The translations under genes and the position numbers were made by a program. DNA of 64,000 bases, taken from Patescibacteria group bacterium (GTDB taxonomy: Bacteria > Patescibacteriota > Microgenomatia > UBA10105 > UBA927). Location of the stretch: positions 169,259 to 233,258 of the forward strand of contig JAMCTH010000003.1 of NCBI GenBank assembly GCA_023379025.1, read 5' to 3'. Shown one piece after another: positions 17,413 to 26,427 of this stretch; positions within the stretch are counted from its first letter, which is position 1; every line of letters begins with the position of its first letter. A model generated the notes under the pieces. It was given only the letters and a program-made list of their open reading frames with translations. It searched no databases and was not told the origin of the DNA.

Positions 17413-18939
17413 CCCTGTGCTTTCGCGCGGACGGTATTGGAGGGCTTCCGCAATATGAGGCAGCGCGATTGTTTCCGACCCCGTAAGATCGGCGATGGTT
17501 CTGCCCACCTTTATCACACGATAATAGGTACGCGCGGAAAGTCCGAGCCGTGTTACGGCCTGACGGAGAAACGAAAGGACTTCAGCCGACAGGGGGCATA
17601 ATTCTTTGACCATCCGGGAAGACATTTCTCCGTTTGAGGTAAGACCTGTGCCGGAGAGTCGCTCCAGCTGACGGTTCCTGGCTTTTTGCACCCTTCTGTG
17701 AACGGAGGAAGACGATTCTGCCTGCTCTCCCGGACTCACGAGCTTTTCGACCCGCACCGAGGGAACCTGCACATGGAGATCAATCCGGTCAATGATGGGA
17801 CCGGAAATCCTGCGCTGGTAGCGAAGTACGGTTCCCGGCAAACAGGTACACCGCTTGATATCCGACCCGTAGTTTCCGCACGGACAGGGATTGGAAGCAC
17901 CGATCAGGAGGAACTTAGCCGGATACCGGACCGTCCCAGCTGCACGCGATATGCTGACAACGCCGTCTTCCATGGGCTGCCGGAGTGCTTCCAGGACATG
18001 TCTCGGAAATTCCGGAAATTCGTCGAGGAACAGGACGCCGCGGTGGGCCAGGGATATTTCGCCCGGCATGGGATGCGTTCCTCCGCCGATGAGGCCGATA
18101 CGCGATGTGGTATGGTGCGGCGCACGGAAGGGGCGGTATTTGATAAGGGATTCGCCGGAGGGCAGATTGCCCGTGACGGAATATATTTTGGTCACTTCAA
18201 TCGCTTCCTCCTCCGTCAGTACAGGCAGAATCGAGGGGAGCGCACGGGCCAGCATGGTTTTCCCGGCACCCGGAGGACCGCTCAAAAAAATATTGTGTGT
18301 CCCTGCTGCCGCAATCTCAAGCGCCCGCTTCGTCTGTTCCTGCCCGTGAATTTCCGCCATATCAAAATCCGAAAGCGCCGGACCGGGAATGCTCTGAAAT
18401 GGCGTGTGCGCTATGGGTGTCAGAACCGAAATCTCCATAAGATGGTGGAACAATGCCAAAAGAGACGGCACCGGGATGACTCCTATCCCGTCTATGACGG
18501 ACGCTTCACCGGCATCAACGGACGGAAGATAGACGGACTTGATCCGTGACTGCCGGGCAAGGAGTGCCACGGGAAGGATGCCGTTGGTATGGCGGAGGCT
18601 CCCGTCAAGCGACATCTCCCCGAGAAAAAAACTTTCCGTCTTCGGCGCAATAATCTGCCCGGAAGCAATGAGAATACCCAATGCAATCGGCAGATCATAT
18701 GCCGGGCCGATTTTCGGAAGGTCAGCCGGCGCGAGGTTCACCGTAATGCGTTTCGGCGGAAAATCAGCACCGCTGTTTTTGATGGCGGCCCGGACCCGCT
18801 CCCTGCTCTCCTCAATGGCTTTATCCGGCAGACCGACGACCGTAAACGACGGCAGTCCCTGGGAGGCGATATCCACCTCGACCGTCACCGGCACGGCCTC
18901 AAGTCCCACGACGGCACCGGAGAGCACTTTTGCGAGCAT
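17395..18939 (-). CDS. YifB/ComM family Mg-chelatase-like AAA+ ATPase
   Basis: N-terminal Lon-like domain. Walker A GPPGAGKT, Walker B LFLDEFPEF, and C-terminal ChlI-like region. Start at MLAKVLSGAVVGLEAVPV. Confidence 0.85.
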   Translation of the reverse strand: MLAKVLSGAVVGLEAVPVTVEVDIASQGLPSFTVVGLPDKAIEESRERVRAAIKNSGADFPPKRITVNLAPADLPKIGPAYDLPIALGILIASGQIIAPKTESFFLGEMSLDGSLRHTNGILPVALLARQSRIKSVYLPSVDAGEASVIDGIGVIPVPSLLALFHHLMEISVLTPIAHTPFQSIPGPALSDFDMAEIHGQEQTKRALEIAAAGTHNIFLSGPPGAGKTMLARALPSILPVLTEEEAIEVTKIYSVTGNLPSGESLIKYRPFRAPHHTTSRIGLIGGGTHPMPGEISLAHRGVLFLDEFPEFPRHVLEALRQPMEDGVVSISRAAGTVRYPAKFLLIGASNPCPCGNYGSDIKRCTCLPGTVLRYQRRISGPIIDRIDLHVQVPSVRVEKLVSPGEQAESSSSVHRRVQKARNRQLERLSGTGLTSNGEMSSRMVKELCPLSAEVLSFLRQAVTRLGLSARTYYRVIKVGRTIADLTGSETIALPHIAEALQYRPRESTGSAAFG

Positions 18940-19025
18940 ATAGGAACAGCGTACCCCAAACCCGGCCGGAAAAACTATATAAAATCTCACAAATCCTGTG
19001 CTGCCGGGTGTCTAAACTGACCGAT

Positions 19026-19062
19026 AGTACCTGGATGTATGAAGGGTTTTGCGGTATAATAC
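19026..19062 (+). promoter_or_regulatory. Candidate promoter for rnpB (TATAAT -10 box at 19055-19060)
   Basis: gcggTATAATacgccggcac lies directly 5' of the P1 helix start. The -35 is weak. Confidence 0.35.
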
Positions 19063-19063
19063 G

Positions 19064-19536
19064 CCGGCACATTGATACCCGGATTCCCGCTCCGCCATCA
19101 GGCGGAGAGGAAAGTCCAGACAGCGGAATGCAGGGGACGGGGCGCAAGCCCCGACTCCCTCTTTCTCCCAAGAACGAGGGGGATGGTGATCCGATCCCGA
19201 AAGGGAAAAGAGACGATGCCTGAACCAAACAGGCTGAGAGAGTCACAGAGACGAGTTCTCTTCTGGAGCTTAAGACTCATCATAGCAATTGAATGATCAG
19301 TCTCCAGTATGGAGAGAGAGTGAAACGTTCACAATCCCACCTGCTGCAACCGGCGAACTGCTCGCAACTACCACGCACTCGGGAATTCGTGTACCCACCG
19401 GTACCGGATGCGAGCAAAAGCATACGGGCATCCCGACACCGGTCGGGATATGCCAAGTCTGACTTGGCATAAGAGAAATGGGAATCTCCGCCAGCCGGCG
19501 GAAAACAGAATCTGGCTTACGAGGCATCAGTGTGCA
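19064..19536 (+). ncRNA. rnpB: RNase P RNA (bacterial type A-like, with a large internal insertion)
   Basis: P3 hairpin CTCCGCC-atcag-GGCGGAG. P4 5' strand GAGGAAAGTCCAGAC. P4 3' strand ACAGAATCTGGCTTA, with compensatory changes relative to E. coli (CCGG/CCGG becomes CCAGA/TCTGG). P1 pairs gcacattgatacc with ggcatcagtgtgc. No ORF in the region. Confidence 0.7.
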
Positions 19537-19551
19537 CAAATAAATCTCCGG

Positions 19552-20529
19552 TCACCGGGGATTTTTTTGTTGGAGAAGGAGCTGCTTAAGGACGATTTGA
19601 AACACGAGGACGAGCGGAATTGCGAGTATCGCTCCGGCCACTCCCCCCAGGCGCCCTCCGACCAGAAGCGCCATAATGGTCCAGAGCGGCGAAAGCCCGA
19701 CGCTCCGCTTCATGACGATCGGCACGATGAGGTTATTTTCTGCCTGCTGGATGATGAAATACAGCGCGACGACGCTTAAGGCAAGAAGCGGTGACGTCGC
19801 AAGCGCCACAAGAATTGCAGGAACCGCGGAGAGCACCGGCCCGATCATGGGGACTGCCTCCAAAAGCCCGGCGAGGATGGCAAGCGGCAGCGCAAAATCC
19901 ACATGAAGAAGCGTCAGCCCCACAAAAGACAGGACGCCGATAACCGTCATCAGGAACACTTCTCCACCGACCCATGCCCCGAGCCGTTCTTCCACCTCGC
20001 GAAGTACCTGACTGAATTTTGCCGTAGATTCCCCGCCGACGATGCTGACGAGAAATCCGTCCGTTTTTTTGCGCTCGAGAAGAAAATAAAACGTAAACAT
20101 AAGGATCGTAAGAAGAGCGAGGATATTGGAGAATATGCCGACCGTCAGACGGACGAGATTCTCCCCGATCGGCGTGATTTGCTGGGTAAGCGACTGGATA
20201 TCAATACTCCAGTTGGGAGACAACCGGGACACATAATACGGGAGACTCTGCAGGAATCGGGAAAACTGACCGATCAGGACGGGGACGACGCTCGCGAAGG
20301 AATAGCTGATGCCGCCGAGAACCACGGCGTAAATAAGGAGGATGGCGAGTGGCCTCGGAATCCTCCAGCCTTCTATGCGGTCAACCAGCGGCCTGAGCGC
20401 GGACATAAGGACAAAGGAAATAAAGAGGAGGAACAGGATATCCTTTATCTGGAGCACGAGCCAGATCCCCGCAAGAAGCAGGACTGTAAAGATAATCGTC
20501 CGATGCGATATTTCGATCTTTGAAGTCAT
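19552..20529 (-). CDS. AI-2E family transporter (PerM/UPF0118 permease)
   Basis: 325 aa, 8 TM helices, typical AI-2E topology and conserved central loop. Confidence 0.7.
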   Translation of the reverse strand: MTSKIEISHRTIIFTVLLLAGIWLVLQIKDILFLLFISFVLMSALRPLVDRIEGWRIPRPLAILLIYAVVLGGISYSFASVVPVLIGQFSRFLQSLPYYVSRLSPNWSIDIQSLTQQITPIGENLVRLTVGIFSNILALLTILMFTFYFLLERKKTDGFLVSIVGGESTAKFSQVLREVEERLGAWVGGEVFLMTVIGVLSFVGLTLLHVDFALPLAILAGLLEAVPMIGPVLSAVPAILVALATSPLLALSVVALYFIIQQAENNLIVPIVMKRSVGLSPLWTIMALLVGGRLGGVAGAILAIPLVLVFQIVLKQLLLQQKNPR

Positions 20530-21509
20530 CTAGCGCCAGTATACCATGAACCGATCATCCGCATCACTTCTGTTGCCGCATCATTTTTTGCCATGTCGAC
20601 CCATCGGATCCCCGGCACGCGGGCAAACCAGGTCCGCTGGCGCTGGGCGTAGCGGAACTCGGCAGAACTCCATTGTTCGATAAGTTCTTCTCTCGTACAA
20701 TTCCCGGCAAGGTATGAGCGGATCATGGATATTCCAAGCGAAGTAGATATTGGTAGCTGTGAAGCTGTGAGTAACGCCGGAAGTTTTTTCACCTCCTGGA
20801 TAGCATCTTCGAGCCGGGCAAGGACCCTCTGCCGGATACGCTCGCGCAGCAGTGTATCTTCAAGGTCTAATCCAATAGATAATACATCATACGCGGGCGG
20901 GCTCTCCGCCGCGTGATATCCGTGCCTGTTCTGCCAGCGTGCCACCTCTATAGCGCGCACTAAGCGTCTTGGATTGTGCCTATCCGACGTATTCATCGCA
21001 TCATACTTTTTCCGGTCTATGTTCACGAGCTCGGTCATAAGATGGTCGGTTGTCGCACCATGAAGCCGTCTCCGGAGCCGCATGTCCGGAGGAATGTGCA
21101 GTGTATCCAACTCGTGAAGGATTGATGTGATATAGAGGCCGGTACCCCCGACGAGGATGGGCAGTTTCCCCCGCGCAAGGATAGAGGCTATGACCGCCCT
21201 GCCCAGCACCTGATACTGTGAAGTGCTGAATATGGTCTCCGGGCGTGCAACATCATACATCCAAAGACGGAGATCATCTATTCCGTAATACCAGAGCCGC
21301 CACGGTTTTTTCCGAAACCGGACCATGACATCGCTTTTGTGTAGAATTGCATGAGCCGGCAAATCCTTACCCGTAAGGACGGACAAACCTTTGTATACCT
21401 GCCGCGAATCCGCACTGACGAGTTCACCGTTATATTGCGCGGCAATCCCGAGTGCGAGCTTCGTTTTGCCGGTCGCTGTCGGTCCGCAAAGGACGAGAAG
21501 CTTATTCAT
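20526..21509 (-). CDS. miaA: tRNA dimethylallyltransferase
   Basis: P-loop LLVLCGPTATGKT plus DSRQVYKGL motif. Start at MNKLLVL. Confidence 0.85.
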   Translation of the reverse strand: MNKLLVLCGPTATGKTKLALGIAAQYNGELVSADSRQVYKGLSVLTGKDLPAHAILHKSDVMVRFRKKPWRLWYYGIDDLRLWMYDVARPETIFSTSQYQVLGRAVIASILARGKLPILVGGTGLYITSILHELDTLHIPPDMRLRRRLHGATTDHLMTELVNIDRKKYDAMNTSDRHNPRRLVRAIEVARWQNRHGYHAAESPPAYDVLSIGLDLEDTLLRERIRQRVLARLEDAIQEVKKLPALLTASQLPISTSLGISMIRSYLAGNCTREELIEQWSSAEFRYAQRQRTWFARVPGIRWVDMAKNDAATEVMRMIGSWYTGAR

Positions 21510-21682
21510 AGTCAGTGTCTTTACACTGATATATCGATACATCAGTGTAAAGATAAACGGGAAGAATATACATAGTGCGCTACTGATGTTCTACGGTACG
21601 CCTTGTTCGGATCCGTCGTTGTACAGTTCCCCTTGCGGCAAACAGGTCTCTCCCGGCCCGGCGGAGGCAGCCCGGAATAGGT

Positions 21683-22903
21683 TTATGGCGAGTTCCTCCG
21701 GTACGGCTTTGCGCGTGTGTAGGTCCCCTCCTCTAAATTTTTCTTATTGATCATTTCTTCCAACAGCTTCCACCTCCGCTTCTTTTCCCGGTACGGGACG
21801 TCATCTCTGTACGCTGTATGAGCCGCGGTCATCGGCCGGTCCGAATACATCGCCACATATGCTTTGGAGAATCCGGCTTTTTTGGCCAGATCAACGGTGT
21901 TTTGAAATTGTTCGTCCGTCTCTCCGCAAAAACCGACAATGATGTCCGTACCTATGGTCACGTCCGAAATGTGCGCCTTGAGTTTTGAAATCAATTTCAG
22001 ATACTCTTCCCTGGTATACCAGCGGTTCATTTTCCGAAGCACCTCATTATCGCCGGACTGAACGGGCAGATGAATATGTCTGGAAATTTTGCGGTTCCGG
22101 GCGATGACACGGATCAGGTCATCGGAAAAATCCCAGGGGTTGCTCGAGATAAAATCAAGCAGCTCAATCCCGTCAATCTTGCAGATTTCTTCCAATAGCT
22201 GAGGGAATAACGTCGGGATCCTAAACCGTCCCAGATGTTTGACATACGTAATCTTCAAATCCCCGCCATTTTGATCTTTAACTTGTAATTTTGAGTGTTG
22301 ATGTTTGAATGTTGATTTTAGAATGTCCGCTCCGTATGAATTGACATTCTGCCCGATAAGGGTGATCTGCGTATACCCCTGATGGGCCAGGGCGTGACAC
22401 TCAAGCAGTATGTCGTCAAACGGCCGGCTCACTTCCCTCCCGCGGGTAAAAGGGACGACACAGAACGTACAGAAATTATTGCAGCCATTGGAGACCGGAA
22501 CGAGCGCGCGGGATTTGTCCCCGCGGACCGGCGCATGGTCAAACCCCACTTCTTCCGTCGGCAGAAACTCATCAACAGACGGCATCTTTTTGCGGAGAAG
22601 TTCCATCATTTTGCCTGTTTTTTCCCTTGCGGCCATCCCCACCATGCATCCGGTGACGACAATTTTTACTGTTCTGCCGCTCTGTCTGGCGAGATCGAGA
22701 TTATGCACAAGCCCGTATACCCTGTCCTCTGCCATCTGGCGGATCATACACGTGTTGATCACCACATCATCCGCTTCATCCGGTGACCGCGCCTCAACAT
22801 ACCCCCTGGCCCGATAAAACGAGGCAATCCGTTCGCTATCCGCTTCGTTGGCCGCACAACCGAATGTTTGTATATAGTATGTTTTTGATCCGGAAGAACC
22901 CAT
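21683..22903 (-). CDS. miaB: tRNA-i6A37 methylthiotransferase (radical SAM, MiaB-like)
   Basis: N-terminal MTTase domain YIQTFGCAANEADSE. Radical SAM cysteine motif CNNFCTFC. C-terminal TRAM-like region. Confidence 0.85.
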   Translation of the reverse strand: MGSSGSKTYYIQTFGCAANEADSERIASFYRARGYVEARSPDEADDVVINTCMIRQMAEDRVYGLVHNLDLARQSGRTVKIVVTGCMVGMAAREKTGKMMELLRKKMPSVDEFLPTEEVGFDHAPVRGDKSRALVPVSNGCNNFCTFCVVPFTRGREVSRPFDDILLECHALAHQGYTQITLIGQNVNSYGADILKSTFKHQHSKLQVKDQNGGDLKITYVKHLGRFRIPTLFPQLLEEICKIDGIELLDFISSNPWDFSDDLIRVIARNRKISRHIHLPVQSGDNEVLRKMNRWYTREEYLKLISKLKAHISDVTIGTDIIVGFCGETDEQFQNTVDLAKKAGFSKAYVAMYSDRPMTAAHTAYRDDVPYREKKRRWKLLEEMINKKNLEEGTYTRAKPYRRNSP

Positions 22904-23007
22904 ATAAACGCGTATAAAAGCCTATCCGTCCGGAGTTACATCAAAAGACGCACCCGTACGGTAGGACATGATTTTTCATGGGTGTATTGTAGCAGAGCCT
23001 CAATACA

Positions 23008-23781
23008 TTATCGACGCCGGCGGTTTACCGGATGACTCCCCCTGACATACCGTTCCAGCACCCAGGCCACTCCGTCTTCCTCAACCGGCGGAGCAATGAC
23101 GTCGGCGATGGCTTTAAGCTCGGCAACGGCGTTGCCCATGGCGACTTTCAGTCCGCAGGCGGACAAAAGCGGATAGTCATTGTATCCGTCTCCGATGCCG
23201 ATGATCTCTTCCGGACGTATACGATAATACTCGGCAATTGAGATTACCGTATGGAGTTTCGTAGCCCGGGCATCCGTGACCGCAAGCCAAAGAAGACCTT
23301 CTTTGTAGGAAGGGCACTTCACAGCGGCGATATCCGATATGCCGGACAGCTTACCGATAAGCCGATCCGCTTTATCCCCGGTAATCTCCGGGACAAGCAG
23401 GGCGCAGATCTGTCTGGTCTCTGCCCTTCCGTCTGCCATATACTCATCCGATCCGACATTCACCATATAGGGAATACGAGAACTATTCAGAATATCCCGG
23501 ACATGAGCCGCTGCACTCTCCGAGAGATGAATCGATGCAATCACACGGTCTTTCAGGGGATCGTATAGATCCGTCGCGTCATTCACCGAGCAGAGATCCC
23601 TGAGTCCGAGCTCGACAATCGGTCGCCTGGCAAACGATGCGGGCCTGCTCGTCGAAGCAGAGATCCGTACAAGCGGCTGGGCTCTAGCAATGGCACGGAT
23701 GACGCCGTGACTGGGGTGTGCATCTATAGCATGGGGTATGGCTGTGCCGTCAAGGTCAAAAATGACCGCTTTGTAACGCAT
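23008..23781 (-). CDS. HAD-superfamily hydrolase (Cof-like, HAD-IIB)
   Basis: Motif I FDLDGT at the N-terminus. C-terminal GDGYND motif. Confidence 0.65.
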   Translation of the reverse strand: MRYKAVIFDLDGTAIPHAIDAHPSHGVIRAIARAQPLVRISASTSRPASFARRPIVELGLRDLCSVNDATDLYDPLKDRVIASIHLSESAAAHVRDILNSSRIPYMVNVGSDEYMADGRAETRQICALLVPEITGDKADRLIGKLSGISDIAAVKCPSYKEGLLWLAVTDARATKLHTVISIAEYYRIRPEEIIGIGDGYNDYPLLSACGLKVAMGNAVAELKAIADVIAPPVEEDGVAWVLERYVRGSHPVNRRRR

Positions 23782-23789
23782 GGGGCGCG

Positions 23790-24650
23790 TTATTCTTTGC
23801 CGACGATCACCTGGGCATCGTAGGATGCGCCGGAAGAGAGTGTAGCTGCCGCCGTTCCTATGGTGTAGCTTCCCTCAAGATCGCTTTTGAGAAGCGGAAG
23901 ATAGGATGCCTTCTCCGGTTTCACGAGAATTGCCGTTTTATCATACGTATAGGAATCCGTATTTCCGACGCCGGAAACGGTATACCCTTTGGCTTCAAGA
24001 AAACTCTTCATCTTCGAAGCGGCTCCCGGCACTCCGCCTCCGTTCAGCACCTGGAGGCTGATATCGCTGCGGACGGGGGGCGCGGGTGTAGGTGTCGGAG
24101 TCGGCGGCGCGGGTGTAGGTGTCGGAGTCGGTCGTAGCGCAATGGACGGCATCTTCGGCAATCCCCGGACGGCGCCGATCAACACCGTACCCGTAAGCGC
24201 GGCGACACCGATGACAATCACCACCCACAGAAGCATCCGCTTACCCTGCTTTCGCTCGTACATATCAAGCTCCGGCATCATGGGCTTGCGTGCCGGCTTA
24301 AAGAGCTCCTCCACGACTTCGCTCGGCCGCTCTTTTTCTTCCGCGGTTTCAGACTTATCCGGTTCGGTTTCAGGTTCTGCCGGAGGCGCTGTTTCTTCGG
24401 ATTTTGGGGCGGTCTCCCGGGCAACGGCCGGCGCGGCGATGTCCTTTTCCAGTTCCTCTATGGATTTCTCCAATTTTTTGGCCTGGTCTTCCATATCATG
24501 CAGTACTTCTTCGCCGGCGCTCCCGTCGGCCGAAACCTCTTCCACGACTTCCGTGACCACCATCGCAGGCTGCTCTTCCCGTTTCGGAGCCTCTTCCCTC
24601 TCAGCCTCGGCAGGCTTCTTTGTTCTGGCTGGTTTTTTCTTCACCGGCAT
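23790..24650 (-). CDS. Membrane-anchored protein with PT-rich linker and C-terminal LytR_C (LCP C-terminal) domain
   Basis: Acidic N-terminus, one TM (LLWVVIVIGVAALTGTVLIGAV), linker PTPTPTPAPPTPTPTPAPP, and a C-terminal approx. 90 aa matching the LytR_C pattern (LQVLNGGGVPGAASK...VGN...IL). Confidence 0.55.
   Translation of the reverse strand: MPVKKKPARTKKPAEAEREEAPKREEQPAMVVTEVVEEVSADGSAGEEVLHDMEDQAKKLEKSIEELEKDIAAPAVARETAPKSEETAPPAEPETEPDKSETAEEKERPSEVVEELFKPARKPMMPELDMYERKQGKRMLLWVVIVIGVAALTGTVLIGAVRGLPKMPSIALRPTPTPTPAPPTPTPTPAPPVRSDISLQVLNGGGVPGAASKMKSFLEAKGYTVSGVGNTDSYTYDKTAILVKPEKASYLPLLKSDLEGSYTIGTAAATLSSGASYDAQVIVGKE
24078..24131. repeat. Tandem 27-bp direct repeat (2 copies), coding for PT/PA-rich linker
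   Basis: ggcgcgggtgtaggtgtcggagtcggc repeated twice inside the CDS above. Confidence 0.6.
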
Positions 24651-24706
24651 ATAGTTTTGTTATACCATACTGGGGCAAGTTTCACTAGTCATTCCGGGAG
24701 GCTCCG

Positions 24707-25498
24707 TCAACTGGAAGCAGACGCATATTGTCCCAGTGCAAAGCGCCATACCCTGAGCGATACGGCGATACTGACCGCGCCGATCACAAGAGACAGAACG
24801 ATACCTCCCGGCGTAAGAAACCCCATGAGGGCCTTTGCCGGAAAGGTCATCATGACGCCGACAGGCAGGACAAACGTAATGATGCTGCGGAGCGGTTCCC
24901 GATAGATATCAACCGGCAGCCTGCCCATGTTCGTCAGGTCTCGATACATCATGACCATATGATCGACCTCCGTCGTCAGTATGGCCAGGGCAAGGACGAC
25001 AATATGAAACGCCGATGCGATGACAAACGCATTGATAAGAAGCGCTATATAGAGCACCACGCCCACGGGATCGACCGCAGGGAGCGAACGGGCGACAACG
25101 ACCAGCGCCGCGACATAGGGAAGGAGCATGAAAAGATCAAGCGGATCAGCGCCGCCCGCAAGCGCCCGGAAGAGGGCGTTCATGGGTTTTGTGAGCACGA
25201 GATCAAAGTCACCGGTGACGATCAGTTGACGGAACCGGTAGACTTCACGGAACACAAGCTGTGTGACCGTATCAATGAGATTGAATGTGAGGTAAAAAAA
25301 CAGGGCCTCGGTAAGAGAATAGTGCGCTATACTCTCGGTTTTTCTGAAGAGTGCCCAGAGAAATACGCTAAAAAGTAAAAACCTGGCCATCTTTCCCACG
25401 AGGAATATCGCGGCACTCAGCCGGGACGAGAGCACCGAGATAAAGGAATGAACGGTCAGTATCTCCCAAAGCTTGAAATAGCGTTGTATCGTCCGCAT
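24707..25498 (-). CDS. ABC-2 family transporter permease (paralog B')
   Basis: 6 TM helices. C-terminal ...VWRFALGQYASASS mirrors 29838..30623 (...WRFALRFYTSASN). Start at MRTIQRYF. Confidence 0.6.
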   Translation of the reverse strand: MRTIQRYFKLWEILTVHSFISVLSSRLSAAIFLVGKMARFLLFSVFLWALFRKTESIAHYSLTEALFFYLTFNLIDTVTQLVFREVYRFRQLIVTGDFDLVLTKPMNALFRALAGGADPLDLFMLLPYVAALVVVARSLPAVDPVGVVLYIALLINAFVIASAFHIVVLALAILTTEVDHMVMMYRDLTNMGRLPVDIYREPLRSIITFVLPVGVMMTFPAKALMGFLTPGGIVLSLVIGAVSIAVSLRVWRFALGQYASASS

Positions 25499-25503
25499 AA
25501 TGG

Positions 25504-26295
25504 TCACCGTCCCTCCGCTGTATAGACCCGCAGTCCCCGCCTCCACAGGGTGTCGGCGGCCAACCGAAATACGGCGACCCAGACAATCCCGACCAGAAAT
25601 GCCGAAGCGACTGACTGCCACGGGATAGCGCCGAGATATACCCGGAGAGGAACATAAATAAAATAGGAAAACGGCATGGCAGTGGTCAACAGATAGAGAG
25701 GTTTCGGAAGAATATCGAGAGGGAAAAGCATCCCGGCAAAAAACTCCGTGATGACGAGAGTAAGAAACCGCGGCGCCCAAACATCAGGAGTCCAAAAACC
25801 GAGAAGCGACAGAATGAGGCTGAAATGAAAAAAGAGCACCATACCAAGAAGAAGCAACAGAAACGAGGTAACAAGGATGATCGGATTTGTCTGGATAAAC
25901 ACCTCCGGCCGGAGAAGGAAGACGAGGAGCGTAATTTCGACAACCGCACATCCTGCATTAAGGAGCTTGTCTGCCGCATCCCGGCAGGCAATATACCGGA
26001 AAAACCCGAGAGGTTTGGTGAGATAGTTAGACAGGGTTCCGTCGTTTATCATCACCCCTACCTCCTGGGTTCTCGTCCCCATGACAAACGGACGCACGAA
26101 TGAAGAGAGCAATACATAGGTAAGCATCATGCCCTCACTGTATCCGAACAACGTCGTTCGGCCGGAGAAAATCGCCCACCAGAGAAAATAAGTGACCAGA
26201 AGCTGGATGTTGACCCGTACCCGCCAGAGGAAAAAGCTCAGCCGGTAGGCCATATATTCCGCCATAGTTCCTTTGATTATCTGCAAAAACTTCAT
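25504..26295 (-). CDS. ABC-2 family transporter permease (paralog A')
   Basis: 6 TM helices. N-terminal MKFLQIIKGTMAEYMAYRLSFFLW is similar to 30627..31439 (MKYVRMFLLHFEQAFEYRSRNLVWFL). Confidence 0.6.
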   Translation of the reverse strand: MKFLQIIKGTMAEYMAYRLSFFLWRVRVNIQLLVTYFLWWAIFSGRTTLFGYSEGMMLTYVLLSSFVRPFVMGTRTQEVGVMINDGTLSNYLTKPLGFFRYIACRDAADKLLNAGCAVVEITLLVFLLRPEVFIQTNPIILVTSFLLLLLGMVLFFHFSLILSLLGFWTPDVWAPRFLTLVITEFFAGMLFPLDILPKPLYLLTTAMPFSYFIYVPLRVYLGAIPWQSVASAFLVGIVWVAVFRLAADTLWRRGLRVYTAEGR

Positions 26296-26427
26296 ACCTC
26301 TTTTCCTGACGCGTCCCGGAGTTTTCTGAGACGGCAATCATCTGATACCAAGTTTAGCAAAAAATATCAATCGCCGGGGTGAATCGCTATGAGCGTCTAT
26401 CAGTCAAATAGTATACAATGAAAACAC

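Noticed and set aside
24055-24131. Possible CRISPR or VNTR from the repeated ggcgcgggtgtaggtgtcggagtcgg
   Set aside because: Only two tandem copies, no spacers, and fully inside a coding PT-rich linker. It is a coding tandem repeat, not CRISPR.
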